DNA from: Rhodospirillaceae bacterium | Lineage (GTDB): Bacteria > Pseudomonadota > Alphaproteobacteria > Thalassobaculales > Thalassobaculaceae | Direction of reading: 5' to 3' | Length of the DNA stretch: 64,000 nucleotides | Assembly (NCBI GenBank): GCA_002708305.1 | Contig: PANE01000027.1 | Coordinates: forward strand, 24,244 to 88,243 | Part shown: piece after piece, positions 47,993 to 59,294 of the stretch | Numbering within the stretch: position 1 is the stretch's first letter | Layout: every line of letters starts with the position of its first letter | Program-made: the position numbers and the translations under genes | The notes under the pieces: generated by a model | Databases searched by the model: none | What the model saw: the letters and a program-made list of their open reading frames with translations, nothing else | What the model was told of the DNA's origin: nothing

Positions 47993-48784
47993 ATGTCTGT
48001 AACCTTAAACTTTCTCTCTCTAAGTCTGCTTCTTCCAGCCTGTTTTATGAGCTATTGCAGACCGCAATCGACAAATTTGGTTAAATGGAGTTTGTTATTA
48101 TTGGCCGTTGTTGGATCGTTAATCGTTCCTCTAAATGTTTTAGCTAATTATTGGGGGGCAGGTGTAGCGTTCTCGCTGAGGGTCACGCTCCTTGCCATTT
48201 TGCTAGTTTATTGTTTGACCTGTTTAATTTATCCCTTTGCTCACAGATTAGGGATCTTAATTTTTCCATATTTATTAGTATTAGGCGTTGGTGCCGCTGG
48301 TCTCTCCACTTTGGACGATACTTCCCATGTTTTTTACTCTTCTTCAAAATGGATATTTGTTCATATCATAAGCTCAGTTTTGACCTATGCTCTAATTTCA
48401 TTGTCTGCAATTGTCTCTTTAGCGGTTTATTTGTCTCAGCGTTCCTTAAAAGGCAAAAAAAACAATAAGTTGGTGGCTCTATTGCCAGCTATTAATGAGG
48501 GTAATAAACTGCAGACAAAATTGTTAATCTTTGCACAGTTAATACTTCTTTGTGGTCTTCTTACCGGAGTAATTTTGCAATATTTTAATACAAAGACATT
48601 TCTAGTTTTTGATCATAAAACAGTTTTAACGACATTAGCCTTTCTTATTATTGGTTTCGTTGTTTATTTGCAGGAAAGATCGGGGATCAGAGGTAAGATT
48701 GCTGTTCGTTTTATCATGTTTGCCTACTTAATGCTGACACTTGCATATCCAGGAGTAAAATTTGTTGGGCAAATACTTCTATGA
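47993..48784 (+). CDS. polytopic inner-membrane protein, possibly cytochrome c assembly family (YpjD-like)
   Basis: 263 aa with about 8 hydrophobic segments. The family call rests only on size and topology resemblance. Confidence 0.4.
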   Translation: MSVTLNFLSLSLLLPACFMSYCRPQSTNLVKWSLLLLAVVGSLIVPLNVLANYWGAGVAFSLRVTLLAILLVYCLTCLIYPFAHRLGILIFPYLLVLGVGAAGLSTLDDTSHVFYSSSKWIFVHIISSVLTYALISLSAIVSLAVYLSQRSLKGKKNNKLVALLPAINEGNKLQTKLLIFAQLILLCGLLTGVILQYFNTKTFLVFDHKTVLTTLAFLIIGFVVYLQERSGIRGKIAVRFIMFAYLMLTLAYPGVKFVGQILL

Positions 48785-48868
48785 CTTTAGACAAAATTCT
48801 TTTGTTTTACCTATATCCGGGTTATGTTTTTGGTTAATTTATGTGCAATTAGGTGAATTGATCAAAAA

Positions 48869-49858
48869 ATGGGCATAAGAATAGGAGATATAGAGGTTGT
48901 TGCCCCGGTTTTCTTGGCGCCAATGTCTGGTGTTACAGACCTGTCGTTTAGAAAAATTGTTAGAAAACAAGGTCCTGAGTTGGTTTTTTCAGAAATGATT
49001 GCCTCAAGAGAGTTTTTAAAGACCGAAAGTTTATCTGTGAGGAAGTTTAATACAAACTTTGTGGAAGACTACCCGTTAGCTGTTCAGTTGGCTGGTTGGG
49101 ACCCCGAAGACATGGCGTTAGCTGCAAAAATAAATGAGGATAGAGGTGCAACATTTATTGATATTAATATGGGGTGTCCCGCTAAAAAAGTAGTAAAGAG
49201 GTATGCGGGTTCCGCGCTCATGCAGGATTTAAATTTAGCTAAAAAAATAATACAATCTGTTATAAAGGCGGTGAATGTACCTGTGACCCTCAAAATGAGA
49301 ACTGGGTGGAATTTAGACCATAGAAATGCACCGGAATTGGCTCTAATTGCTGAGAGAGAAGGGGTGCAAATGATAACAGTGCATGGAAGGACTCGTTGTC
49401 AATTATATAAAGGGGTGGCAGATTGGCCATTCATAGCCCAAGTAAAGGGTGCGGTCAAAATTCCTGTAATTGCAAATGGTGATATAAGAACCATCTACGA
49501 CGCCAAGGAATGTTTAGAACTTTCCAAAGCAGATGGTGTGATGATTGGAAGGGGAAGTTATGGCAGACCATGGTTTTTGAACCAAATAACAAAATTTCTT
49601 GAAACAGGCAAAATTCAAGAGGCTCCAAGTTTAGATGAACAAAAATTAGTTCTAATCGAGCACTTAGATTACATGCTAACTCATTATGGCTTCCAAGATG
49701 GTGCTAAGTTAGCAAGAAAGCATATTGCATGGTATACAAAGGGATTACCGTCATCGGGGGAAGCTCGTCAAAAGATTTTTGCGACAAACAGCCTATCTGC
49801 TTTAATTACAGAAGTTAACGATCTTTATAGTATTGCTACAGAAAAAATGGCGGCTTGA
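48869..49858 (+). CDS. dusB: tRNA-dihydrouridine synthase DusB (NifR3)
   Basis: 329 aa. LAPMSGVTDLSFR, IDINMGCP and TVHGRTR. Immediately upstream of ntrB, as in alphaproteobacteria. Confidence 0.9.
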   Translation: MGIRIGDIEVVAPVFLAPMSGVTDLSFRKIVRKQGPELVFSEMIASREFLKTESLSVRKFNTNFVEDYPLAVQLAGWDPEDMALAAKINEDRGATFIDINMGCPAKKVVKRYAGSALMQDLNLAKKIIQSVIKAVNVPVTLKMRTGWNLDHRNAPELALIAEREGVQMITVHGRTRCQLYKGVADWPFIAQVKGAVKIPVIANGDIRTIYDAKECLELSKADGVMIGRGSYGRPWFLNQITKFLETGKIQEAPSLDEQKLVLIEHLDYMLTHYGFQDGAKLARKHIAWYTKGLPSSGEARQKIFATNSLSALITEVNDLYSIATEKMAA

Positions 49859-51027
49859 TGTCAATAGATGCGCCAGTAAATAATGATGTTGCTGATGGGT
49901 TAGAAATAGATCCAATAAAGATCTTAGAAGCTCTGCCAAGCCCTCTCTTAACACTCACGGCCCAAAACAGGATCGCATTCCTTAACTCGTCGGCAGAATT
50001 ATTTTTCGGTGGAAGTTTCGTCTCACTTAAAGGAGTATTGTTATCAGACCTCTTGCCTGACGATCTTCCATTGTTTGGCATGATAAACCAGGCACGTACT
50101 CAAGGAATAAGTATATCCGATTATGATCTTTTGATTGAAACGCCTCGGATAGGTCTAAAGATTGTGAACATTGGGGTCTCGCCTATCCCAGATAGCAAAG
50201 GTGCAGTTGGGGTATCATTATTTGAGAGGTCAATCGCGCAAAGGCTCCATCATCAACAGCAGTTCCGAGGAGCAGCGCGCTCGGTTTCGGGAATGGCTGC
50301 GATGTTGGCTCATGAGGTAAAAAATCCATTATCGGGTATTCGCGGCGCTGCGCAATTACTTTCCCAGACCATTAAAGGCGATGATCAGTCGTTGACGGAC
50401 CTAATTTGTGAAGAAACTGACAGAATATGTTCCCTTGTTGATAAAATGGAAGAGTTCTCGGATGAAAGGCCAATCCGAAAAACAGCAGTAAATATTCATG
50501 AGATACTAGACCATTGCCGCCAGTTAGCATCATCAGGTTTTGGCAGCCACGTAAATTTTATAGAGGCTTACGACCCATCATTACCACCAGTACTAGGTAA
50601 CCGCTTTATTTTAATACAATTATTTCTCAATCTCATGAAAAATGCATGTGAATCTGTATCTAAAGTTGGAGGTGAAATAAAAATCTTAACGTCTTATCGG
50701 CATGGAATGCGTGTAAATGTTGGCGGAACAAAAGAAAAAGTAAACCTACCTTTACAAATTTCTATCCAGGATAATGGAATAGGTATCCCTGAGGACTTAA
50801 CTGCTAATATTTTTGAAGCATTTGTCACTACAAAAGTTTCTGGGACCGGTTTAGGATTAGCATTTGTTGCAAAAGCAGTTTCTGATCATGGCGGTGTTAT
50901 TGAGGTCGATTCTCTACCTGAAAACACAACGTTTAATATAACTTTGCCAGTTGTTGAGCCTGATATTCAAATTAAAACCAGAGATACAAAGTATGTAAAT
51001 CATAGCATTGATGAGGATTTCTTTTAA
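49855..51027 (+). CDS. ntrB: nitrogen regulation sensor histidine kinase NtrB
   Basis: 390 aa. PAS-like N-terminus, H-box [14 protein letters not shown] and G-box GTGLGLAFV. Overlaps dusB by 4 nt. Confidence 0.85.
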   Translation: MMSIDAPVNNDVADGLEIDPIKILEALPSPLLTLTAQNRIAFLNSSAELFFGGSFVSLKGVLLSDLLPDDLPLFGMINQARTQGISISDYDLLIETPRIGLKIVNIGVSPIPDSKGAVGVSLFERSIAQRLHHQQQFRGAARSVSGMAAMLAHEVKNPLSGIRGAAQLLSQTIKGDDQSLTDLICEETDRICSLVDKMEEFSDERPIRKTAVNIHEILDHCRQLASSGFGSHVNFIEAYDPSLPPVLGNRFILIQLFLNLMKNACESVSKVGGEIKILTSYRHGMRVNVGGTKEKVNLPLQISIQDNGIGIPEDLTANIFEAFVTTKVSGTGLGLAFVAKAVSDHGGVIEVDSLPENTTFNITLPVVEPDIQIKTRDTKYVNHSIDEDFF

Positions 51028-52484
51028 TGTCCATCAATGCTTCAATATTGGTTGCTGATGATGATACAGCAATACGAACTGTTCTAACACAAGCTCTCTC
51101 AAGATTAGGGTACCAAGTGAAATCTGTTGGAACTGCAGCAGGACTATGGAAATGGATTGAGTCGGGTGAGGGTGATTTGGTGATAACGGATGTAGTTATG
51201 CCAGATGAGAATGGATTAGAGTTGTTGCCAAAAATCAAGCAACTCAGACCACATTTAAAAATAATAGTAATGAGTGCTCGAAATACTTTAATGACCGCTG
51301 TGCAGGCAAATGAACGTGGTGCTTTTGAGTATCTAGCCAAACCATTTGATCTAAATGCTTTAAAGCTTACTGTTGAAAAAGCATTGGAATCGGGCCCTGA
51401 TAATGAGCGTGGCTACCTTCATACAGAGCCTAAAGTATTAGATGATGAACCAATGGATTTGATAGGGCGTTCGCCACCTATGCAAGAAATTTATAGAATT
51501 ATGGCGAGAGTTATGGGCACGGAGTTAACAGTCGCGATCACCGGTGAGTCGGGAACTGGAAAAGAATTAATTGCTCGCGCATTACATAACTATGGAAAGC
51601 GTCGTAATGGACCCTTTGTTGCGTTAAATATGGCCGCAATTCCAAAAGAATTGATAGAAAGCGAATTGTTTGGTCATGAGAGAGGTGCCTTTACTGGAGC
51701 GACGCACAGAAGCATTGGTCGATTTAAGGAAGCCCAAAATGGGACTTTGTTTTTAGATGAAATAGGCGATATGCCTTCTGAAGCTCAGACCAGGCTTCTG
51801 AGAGTTCTCCAGGATGGAGAGTATAGTATGGTGGGTGGGGCAAAAACTATTAAATCGAATGTAAGAATAATAACAGCAACTCATCGCGATTTACGTCAAC
51901 TAATTAGACAAGGACTTTTTAGGGAGGATTTGTTTTACAGGCTCAATGTTGTTCCCATCCGGGTGCCACCACTGCGAAATCGATCCAGTGATATACCCGA
52001 TTTGGTTCATCATTTTGGAAACCAAATAGTGGATATAGGTTTACCAAAAAAAATAATTGATGCCGGCGGAATGAGAGTTTTAGAAGATTATTCTTGGCCA
52101 GGTAACATAAGGGAATTAGAAAACTTAGTTAAACGTATATCCGCATTGTATGCTGAAAAAATAATAACTGCTGAAACCATAAAAAAAGAGTTATTTGAAG
52201 TTAATAGCGAAAAAAATCAAGCCGGTTCAGAGTCGTCAGAAAGTTTATCGGAGTCTATTGAAAGGCATTTAAGAGAATATTTTAATGCACATAAAGATGG
52301 ATTGCCATTGCCTGGTCTTTACTCTCGCATTTTGCGAGAGTTAGAGCGACCACTGATTGCAGTTACACTTGAAGCCACTCATGGCAACCAACTTCGGACA
52401 GCAGATTTATTGGGTTTAAACCGAAATACGCTTAGAAAAAAAATTAGTGATTTGGATATACCTGTTAAAAAGAAAACACATTAA
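51027..52484 (+). CDS. ntrC: sigma-54-dependent response regulator NtrC
   Basis: 485 aa. REC domain, AAA+ GESGTGKE, intact GAFTGA, and a C-terminal Fis-type HTH. Confidence 0.9.
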   Translation: MSINASILVADDDTAIRTVLTQALSRLGYQVKSVGTAAGLWKWIESGEGDLVITDVVMPDENGLELLPKIKQLRPHLKIIVMSARNTLMTAVQANERGAFEYLAKPFDLNALKLTVEKALESGPDNERGYLHTEPKVLDDEPMDLIGRSPPMQEIYRIMARVMGTELTVAITGESGTGKELIARALHNYGKRRNGPFVALNMAAIPKELIESELFGHERGAFTGATHRSIGRFKEAQNGTLFLDEIGDMPSEAQTRLLRVLQDGEYSMVGGAKTIKSNVRIITATHRDLRQLIRQGLFREDLFYRLNVVPIRVPPLRNRSSDIPDLVHHFGNQIVDIGLPKKIIDAGGMRVLEDYSWPGNIRELENLVKRISALYAEKIITAETIKKELFEVNSEKNQAGSESSESLSESIERHLREYFNAHKDGLPLPGLYSRILRELERPLIAVTLEATHGNQLRTADLLGLNRNTLRKKISDLDIPVKKKTH

Positions 52485-52593
52485 GCTCTTGCAAGAGTCT
52501 TATTCGATCAACCGTCATTAAATACAAAATATTTCTTAACAGCGTTAATAGAAAATACAGAATAACAATAGCAAAGAAATAGCATAGTTTGGT

Positions 52594-54837
52594 ATGTTGT
52601 TTGATAAGGGATGGTGGCTCGGTACTGAGCTTGGCAGAAAACTTCCAAATGGTGATGAGGGCTGGTCATTGCGATCAAAAAATATTTCAAAAAAACTGTT
52701 TGTAACTGTTGCGATACTGGCATTAGGTTCTGGTATCGGAACTTACACAGTTTTTGCTAAAGCTGATGTAGCTGGACCAGACCCAAATCTAGTTATTGCG
52801 TTTTTATATTTAAATTTGACATTAATGCTGGTTCTCGGAGCGCTAGTTGCATACCGTTTAGTTAGATTATGGTCTAGAAGGCGCCAGGGGTTAGCTGGGG
52901 CCCAACTTCATACTAGATTGGTTTTGTTATTCAGTGTCGTTGCAGTTATACCAACAATCGTAGTGGCTATTTTTTCTGTGTTGCTTTTTGATTTTGGAAT
53001 AAGGTCATGGTTTAGTGAAAGAATAGGAACCGCGGTAGACGCGTCCCAACTCGTAGCAGAGTCCTATCTTGAAGAACATAGACAGAATATCCGCGGTGAT
53101 GCGTTAGCTATGGCCAATGATCTAAATCGTGATGCATCCGTATTGAATAATCGCCCCAAACAACTAATGAAAGTTATTAGGGCACAAGCTTCTATAAGAA
53201 ACTTGACAGAGGTGGTATTATTTGAAGGCTCAGGAAAAGTGCTTGCGAGGACTGGTCTCAGTCTTACTTTTGATTTTGAACCATTTCCAGAGACTGCGTT
53301 TCAGCGCGCACGTGCCGGTGAAGTTGCGACCATCACAAGCGAAGTGGATCGTATACGAGCAATCGTTAGGCTCGATAACTTCGTTGATACATATCTTTAC
53401 GTGGGACGTTTTGTTGATGCAGAAATTTTAGCTTATATTGACACAACAAAACGTGCCGCCGCGCAATATAAAGATTTAGAGGGAAAGCGTTTTGATATTC
53501 AAATTACGTTTGCATTAATATTTTCAATAATGGCGTTATTATTGCTATTTGCTGCTGTTTGGGTTGGGCTTAATTTAGCAACAAGACTTGCGAATCCAAT
53601 TGGCGAATTAATGTTGGCATCTAAGCGAATTAGTAATGGGGATTTAACAGCAAGAGTGAGCGCCGAATCTGAGCTTGGTGAGCTGGATATGCTCGGAAAG
53701 GCTTTTAACAATATGACACATCAGCTGCAAGGGCAACGGGAAGATCTTATAGCGGCGCATAGAGAAGAAGATTCCAGAAGACGTTTCACTGAAGCTGTTT
53801 TAAGTGGAGTTTCGGCTGGTGTAATAGGATTAGACAAGACAGAAATAATCACCTTACCCAATCGCTCTGCAGCGGCACTTTTAGGCCTAGATATAAATCA
53901 TATGCGAAATAAAGCTTTGACAGAAGTTGTTCCTGAAATGTCTACTTTGCTTGATATGGCAAAATTATCAAAAAAGGTTGAGGTTTCATACTTCAATCAA
54001 GTCGAAGCGCTAATTGAGTTGGTGAGGGGCGACAAACATATCACATTATTAACGCGGATAACTGCGGAAGTTTCAGAAAAAGATATAAATGGTTTTGTGG
54101 TTACTTTTGATGACATTACAGAACTTCAGTCGGCCCAGCGTGTGGCAGCTTGGGGTGATGTTGCCAGAAGAATAGCGCATGAAATTAAAAATCCACTAAC
54201 GCCAATACAGTTGGCTGCAGAACGATTGAAAAGAAAGTATTTACCTTTAATAAATGATGAGGCAAATTTGTTCGAAACGTTAACGGATACCATTGTCCGG
54301 CAAGTTGAAGATATTGGTGGAATGGTAGACGAATTTTCCTCGTTTGCTCGTATGCCGAGTGCGGTTATGAAGCGGGTAGACCTCGTGGGGCTAGTGAAAG
54401 AACAAATGTCTTTGCAAAAAGCAGCCCATTCAAACATCGATTTCTCTTTAGTTTTAGATGAAAATGTAGTGTTTGTTGAATGTGACAGTCGTCAAATTCG
54501 GCAAGCAGTCACCAACCTTATCCAAAATAGTATCGACTCGATCGAAACAAGAACTGAAGATTTGCAGTCAGAAAACGGGAAAATAAAGATCGCCTTGTCA
54601 GTAGAAGATCGATTTGGCAACATTATCATCTCAGATAATGGACGAGGTCTTCCAAAAGAGGGTCGTCATAGGTTAATAGAACCATATGTCACCACGAGAG
54701 AGAAAGGAACGGGATTGGGGTTGGCGATTGTAGCAAAGATTATTGAAGACCATCGTGGTGTATTTAAAATACAGGATGGTAGTGATCTGGGAGTAGGAGC
54801 AACGGCTATCATGCAAATACCTAAATTTATAAGTTAG
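52594..54837 (+). CDS. ntrY: sensor histidine kinase NtrY
   Basis: 747 aa. N-terminal membrane segments, HAMP, PAS, H-box IAHEIKNPLTPIQL and GTGLGLAIV. Confidence 0.85.
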   Translation: MLFDKGWWLGTELGRKLPNGDEGWSLRSKNISKKLFVTVAILALGSGIGTYTVFAKADVAGPDPNLVIAFLYLNLTLMLVLGALVAYRLVRLWSRRRQGLAGAQLHTRLVLLFSVVAVIPTIVVAIFSVLLFDFGIRSWFSERIGTAVDASQLVAESYLEEHRQNIRGDALAMANDLNRDASVLNNRPKQLMKVIRAQASIRNLTEVVLFEGSGKVLARTGLSLTFDFEPFPETAFQRARAGEVATITSEVDRIRAIVRLDNFVDTYLYVGRFVDAEILAYIDTTKRAAAQYKDLEGKRFDIQITFALIFSIMALLLLFAAVWVGLNLATRLANPIGELMLASKRISNGDLTARVSAESELGELDMLGKAFNNMTHQLQGQREDLIAAHREEDSRRRFTEAVLSGVSAGVIGLDKTEIITLPNRSAAALLGLDINHMRNKALTEVVPEMSTLLDMAKLSKKVEVSYFNQVEALIELVRGDKHITLLTRITAEVSEKDINGFVVTFDDITELQSAQRVAAWGDVARRIAHEIKNPLTPIQLAAERLKRKYLPLINDEANLFETLTDTIVRQVEDIGGMVDEFSSFARMPSAVMKRVDLVGLVKEQMSLQKAAHSNIDFSLVLDENVVFVECDSRQIRQAVTNLIQNSIDSIETRTEDLQSENGKIKIALSVEDRFGNIIISDNGRGLPKEGRHRLIEPYVTTREKGTGLGLAIVAKIIEDHRGVFKIQDGSDLGVGATAIMQIPKFIS

Positions 54838-54884
54838 ACAGCTCTGTGATATTTAAAAAATGATTGAAATAGGTTTAAAATGAA

Positions 54885-56261
54885 ATGAGTAATGACATCC
54901 TCATAGTAGACGATGAATTAGATATTAGATCATTATTATCTGGTATCCTTCAGGATGAAGGCTATGACACGAGGGAGGCTGCTAACTCCAATGAGGTAAT
55001 TACAAGTATCAATTTACGTCTTCCAAGTTTGGTAATACTGGACATTTGGTTGCAAAATAGCCAGTTGGATGGACTCAAAATACTAGAATGGATACAACAG
55101 CATTATCCTGGTTGTCCTGTAATTATGATAAGTGGTCATGGTAATATACAAACTGCCGTTTCAGCTATTAAAGCTGGGGCTTATGATTTTATCGAGAAAC
55201 CGTTCAAGGCTGATAAACTTTTGCTTTTAGTAAAGCGAGCAATCGAGGCAGCGGGGTTAAAACGGGAAAATAAAGAATTGAGAGAACAAGTGGGGCCAAG
55301 AGAAGAATTGATTGGTAAATCTACTGAGGTTATTAATTTAAAAAATTCGATAGAAAAAGCCGCGCCAACAAATAGTAGAATATTAATCACTGGCCCTGCT
55401 GGTTCAGGAAAAGAGATAGTTGCTAGAATGTTGCATTCAAAATCTGGACGGATTAATGCACCATTCTTGGCTCTCAATTGTGCATCTTTAAATCCAGATA
55501 GACTTGAAATTGAACTGTTTGGGATCGATAGCAATTTTTCTCAGGATACTGGTGAAAAGATTGTGGGTGTTTTTGAAAGAGCGCATAAAGGTACTCTTTT
55601 CCTAGATGAAATTGCTGACATGCCCCTTGAGACACAAGGTAAAATTGTGCGAGTGCTACAAGAACAGAAATTTCGTCGGGTAGGCGGTGAGGTAGAGGTC
55701 GAGGTTGATGTTAGGGTAATAGCGTCCACAAATAGGGACCTAATCAAAGAAATTGCAAAAGTAAAATTCAGAGAAGACTTATTTTACCGCCTTAATGTTG
55801 TTCCTATAAAAGTTCCGGCGTTAAAAGAGCGGCGGGAGGATATTCCTCTTCTAGCTCGCCATTTTCTAAGAAAATCAGCCGAGATGGCGGGACGTCAAAT
55901 TACTGAAATTAGCGAAGAAGCCATAGCTATTCTGCAAGTCTATAACTGGCCAGGTAATGTTCGACAATTGCGTAATATTATCGAATGGGTTTTAATAATG
56001 GCGCCTGAACTTTCTCAAAACATAGTTGAAGTCGATATGCTTCCACCGGAATTGGGAGCAGTAGCTCCTGCTAGTCTTAAATCAGAGAAGGGTAACGAGA
56101 TAATGGGGATGGCACTTAGGCAAGCCAGAGAGCATTTTGAGAGAGAGTATTTAATCGCTCAGGTTGATAGATTTGGGGGTAATATCTCTCAAACTGCAGG
56201 CTTTGTGGGTATGGAACGTTCTGCGTTACATCGTAAATTAAAATCTTTAGGGGTTAGTTAG
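54885..56261 (+). CDS. ntrX: response regulator NtrX
   Basis: 458 aa. REC, AAA+ (GPAGSGKE) and HTH. The position equivalent to GAFTGA reads IDSNFSQDTG, so the motif is absent, as is known for NtrX. Confidence 0.85.
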   Translation: MSNDILIVDDELDIRSLLSGILQDEGYDTREAANSNEVITSINLRLPSLVILDIWLQNSQLDGLKILEWIQQHYPGCPVIMISGHGNIQTAVSAIKAGAYDFIEKPFKADKLLLLVKRAIEAAGLKRENKELREQVGPREELIGKSTEVINLKNSIEKAAPTNSRILITGPAGSGKEIVARMLHSKSGRINAPFLALNCASLNPDRLEIELFGIDSNFSQDTGEKIVGVFERAHKGTLFLDEIADMPLETQGKIVRVLQEQKFRRVGGEVEVEVDVRVIASTNRDLIKEIAKVKFREDLFYRLNVVPIKVPALKERREDIPLLARHFLRKSAEMAGRQITEISEEAIAILQVYNWPGNVRQLRNIIEWVLIMAPELSQNIVEVDMLPPELGAVAPASLKSEKGNEIMGMALRQAREHFEREYLIAQVDRFGGNISQTAGFVGMERSALHRKLKSLGVS

Positions 56262-56297
56262 GATAAACGACCTACTCTGGTTGGTTGGGAGTTTTTT

Positions 56298-57674
56298 ATG
56301 AAAGTTGTTATATGTGGCGCAGGGTTGGTTGGCACGGGTATAGCTCAACATCTGGCCGGCGAGAATAACGATGTAACGATTGTAGATCAAGATGCTACCT
56401 TGGTTCGTAAGATCAGTGAAACACTAGATGTAAGAAGTATTCACGGGCATGCGTCACAACCGGACATTTTAGAACAAGCCGGTGCTCAAGATGCAGATAT
56501 GTTGATTGCGGTCACGTTTTCTGACGAAATAAACATGGTCGCGTGTCAGGTAGGGCATTCACTTTTTGAGGTGCCAACTAAAATAGCCCGTATTAGACAG
56601 CCCGGTTACCTAAAGCCTATCTGGGGAGATCTTTTTACAAGAGATAATATGCCAATCGATGTAATTATTTCTCCAGAAAGGGAGGTCGCGCGAGCGATTG
56701 GAAGGCGACTACATGTACCTGGGGCATTTGACGTGGTGCCAATGGCTAACGGGCTGGTTAGTGTTGTAGGTGTTCGATGTGGCGAAGAATGCCCCATCGT
56801 AAATACGCCGATGAAGCAGCTAACGGAATTATTCCCTGAATTAAATATTACCGTTGTTGGGATTATTAGGAACGATAAGGGGATTTTACCAAACTCCAAG
56901 GACCGGATGTTAAAAGGCGATGACGTTTATTTTGTCTGTGACTCCAGCCATTTATCCAGGGCAATGGCAGCATTTGGTCATGAGGAAGAAGAGGGGCGCA
57001 CTGTTATAATCGCAGGTGGTGGGAACATAGGTCTTACTTTAGCCGAAGAAATAGAGCAAGAACATGAGGGTGTCCGGTCGCGTTTAATTGAGTTTGACGA
57101 CCAAAGAGCTCGTTCAGTAGCGCAGCAACTTGAGCAAACTATGGTTTTAAGCGGTGATGTTTTAGACCTAGAGATTTTAGAGGAAGCTCATGTGGGAAAT
57201 ACAGAGACTTTTGTGGCTGTGTCAAATGATGATGAGGTTAATATTATTGGTTCATTGTTGGCAAAAAGGGCAGGTGCAAAAAGGACTATAGCTTTAGTTA
57301 ACAAACATTCGTATGGACAATTAATAACAACGTTAGGGATCGATGCTGTTGTTAACCCAAGAGTTATAACCGTTTCATCCATTTTACAACATGTTCGAAG
57401 AGGCAGAATTCGTGGTATATATTCTGTTCGTGAAGATTTTGGCGAAGTGATCGAGGCTGAGGCGCTGGAAACATCTTCTCTAGTCGGAAAAACACTAAAA
57501 GAGTCTAATCTTCCAAAAGGAGTAATAATAGGAGCGATAGTTAGAGACGAAAAAGTTATTGCTCCCAGGGGCGACACTATAATAGATAAAAATGACAGCG
57601 TTGTCTTACTGTCTACTTATGAGGCGATTAAGCAGGTAGAAAAATTATTCTCGGTTAGAGTTGATTTCTTTTAG
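56298..57674 (+). CDS. trkA: Trk potassium uptake system NAD-binding protein TrkA
   Basis: 458 aa. Two RCK/TrkA-N repeats (ICGAGLVGTGIA and IAGGGNIGLTLA). Confidence 0.9.
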   Translation: MKVVICGAGLVGTGIAQHLAGENNDVTIVDQDATLVRKISETLDVRSIHGHASQPDILEQAGAQDADMLIAVTFSDEINMVACQVGHSLFEVPTKIARIRQPGYLKPIWGDLFTRDNMPIDVIISPEREVARAIGRRLHVPGAFDVVPMANGLVSVVGVRCGEECPIVNTPMKQLTELFPELNITVVGIIRNDKGILPNSKDRMLKGDDVYFVCDSSHLSRAMAAFGHEEEEGRTVIIAGGGNIGLTLAEEIEQEHEGVRSRLIEFDDQRARSVAQQLEQTMVLSGDVLDLEILEEAHVGNTETFVAVSNDDEVNIIGSLLAKRAGAKRTIALVNKHSYGQLITTLGIDAVVNPRVITVSSILQHVRRGRIRGIYSVREDFGEVIEAEALETSSLVGKTLKESNLPKGVIIGAIVRDEKVIAPRGDTIIDKNDSVVLLSTYEAIKQVEKLFSVRVDFF

Positions 57675-57709
57675 TCTGTGTCTCTAAAAATAAAATTAAG
57701 AGGTTGTAA

Positions 57710-58555
57710 ATGTCAAGAATAGCATATGTAAACGGACGTTATGTAGGGCATGGTGAAGCCCGAGTTCACATTGAAGATAGAGGGTATCAGTTTTCAGATG
57801 GTGTGTATGAGGTGATTCTAGTTCAAAATGGCAAATTAATTGATGAAGATGCACACCATCAAAGGCTTCAAAAATCATTAAAATCCCTTGGCATAAATGC
57901 TCCGATGAAGCGCGGCCCTTTAACTCAGGTAATTAATCAACTGATAAAAAGAAATAAGTTCAGTAATGGAATTGTGTACATTCAGATTACGAGAGGTGTT
58001 GCCCCAAGGGAACATTCTTTTCCCATCAATTTAAAACCTTCACTTGTGATGACAGCGCGGCGTTTGCCTCCAAAATCGCAAAGCGCGATCGAGGCTGGAG
58101 TTAAGGTGATAACATTAGAAGACATCAGGTGGAAGCGCTGCGATATAAAGACAGTTTCTCTTTTACCAAATATATTGGGAAAGCAAAAAGCAAGAGAACA
58201 AGGCGCTTATGAGGCCTGGATGGTGGATGAAAACCGACTTATCACGGAAGGTACTTCGACCAACGCGTGGATAGTTTCTAGTGATGGAGCGTTAGTAACT
58301 TCTGAACTGGGAAGTCATATTTTAAGTGGGGTCACCCGAAAAACATTTATCCAAATCGCAGCCGAATTGAATATACCTTATGAAGAGAGACAATTTAGTG
58401 TTGAGGAAGCAGAAAACTCTAGAGAGGCATTTTTTACTTCGTCGACATCATTTTTGACCCCAGTCACTGAAATCAATGGAAAAGTTATAGGTAACGGTAA
58501 AGCCGGGTCTTTAAGCCTTAGTTTATTAAATTCGTATTTTAACTATATAAATTGA
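57710..58555 (+). CDS. class IV aminotransferase (D-amino-acid transaminase-like)
   Basis: 281 aa. RGYQFSDGVYEV, ITRG and EGTSTNAWIV are typical of fold-type IV PLP enzymes. Confidence 0.75.
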   Translation: MSRIAYVNGRYVGHGEARVHIEDRGYQFSDGVYEVILVQNGKLIDEDAHHQRLQKSLKSLGINAPMKRGPLTQVINQLIKRNKFSNGIVYIQITRGVAPREHSFPINLKPSLVMTARRLPPKSQSAIEAGVKVITLEDIRWKRCDIKTVSLLPNILGKQKAREQGAYEAWMVDENRLITEGTSTNAWIVSSDGALVTSELGSHILSGVTRKTFIQIAAELNIPYEERQFSVEEAENSREAFFTSSTSFLTPVTEINGKVIGNGKAGSLSLSLLNSYFNYIN

Positions 58556-58563
58556 GATAATGG

Positions 58564-59235
58564 ATGTTACTTCAAGAAAGTGATTTATGTGCGCCAGATG
58601 CTGTTATTTTCGATTGGGATAGTACGCTCGTAGATAATTGGGGTGCAATTCACACCGCTTTAAATGTGACCCTTAAGCAGATGGGGCATAAAACGTGGAC
58701 CGAGTGCGAGACCCGTCAACGCGCAAACTCATCAGCTAAGGATGCGTTTCCAAGATTATTTGCAGAACACTCTGATGAAGCTTTGCAAATTTTTTATCAA
58801 GCTTTTGATAGGTTCCATTTGGATTCACTTAAAGTTCTTGAAGGATCAAAAGATTTAATTGAATGGTTTTTAAAAAATAACGTTTATCTTTCCATCGTTT
58901 CAAATAAAAATGGGATACATTTGAGAAAAGAAGTATCTAAACTTGGCTGGTCAAATTGCTTTCAAAGCATAGTTGGTGCTGGCGACGCAACAGAAGATAA
59001 ACCATCACCTGAGCCAGTTAAGCTTGCATTGAAAAATGCTGGTTTGGATGCCAAAAGTAAAGTATGGTTTGTTGGGGATACGGGGTTAGATTTGCAATGT
59101 GCCATCTTATCAAATTGTGTGCCTATTCTGATAGGTGGCCAGAATGTAGAAAAAAGTGATCTCGAGATGTGGCCTCCTCATAGTGTGTTTCAATCTTGCG
59201 AAAAATTATATCAGGCCTGTCGTAATATTAGTTGA
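58564..59235 (+). CDS. HAD-superfamily hydrolase (phosphoglycolate phosphatase-like)
   Basis: 223 aa. Motif I IFDWDSTLVD, motif II VSNK, motif IV GDTGLD. Confidence 0.75.
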   Translation: MLLQESDLCAPDAVIFDWDSTLVDNWGAIHTALNVTLKQMGHKTWTECETRQRANSSAKDAFPRLFAEHSDEALQIFYQAFDRFHLDSLKVLEGSKDLIEWFLKNNVYLSIVSNKNGIHLRKEVSKLGWSNCFQSIVGAGDATEDKPSPEPVKLALKNAGLDAKSKVWFVGDTGLDLQCAILSNCVPILIGGQNVEKSDLEMWPPHSVFQSCEKLYQACRNIS

Positions 59236-59294
59236 AACTAAAGATCACTATTTCAGTAATTATCTATTAGAGATTTGAATGAAGGGAGTTAACT

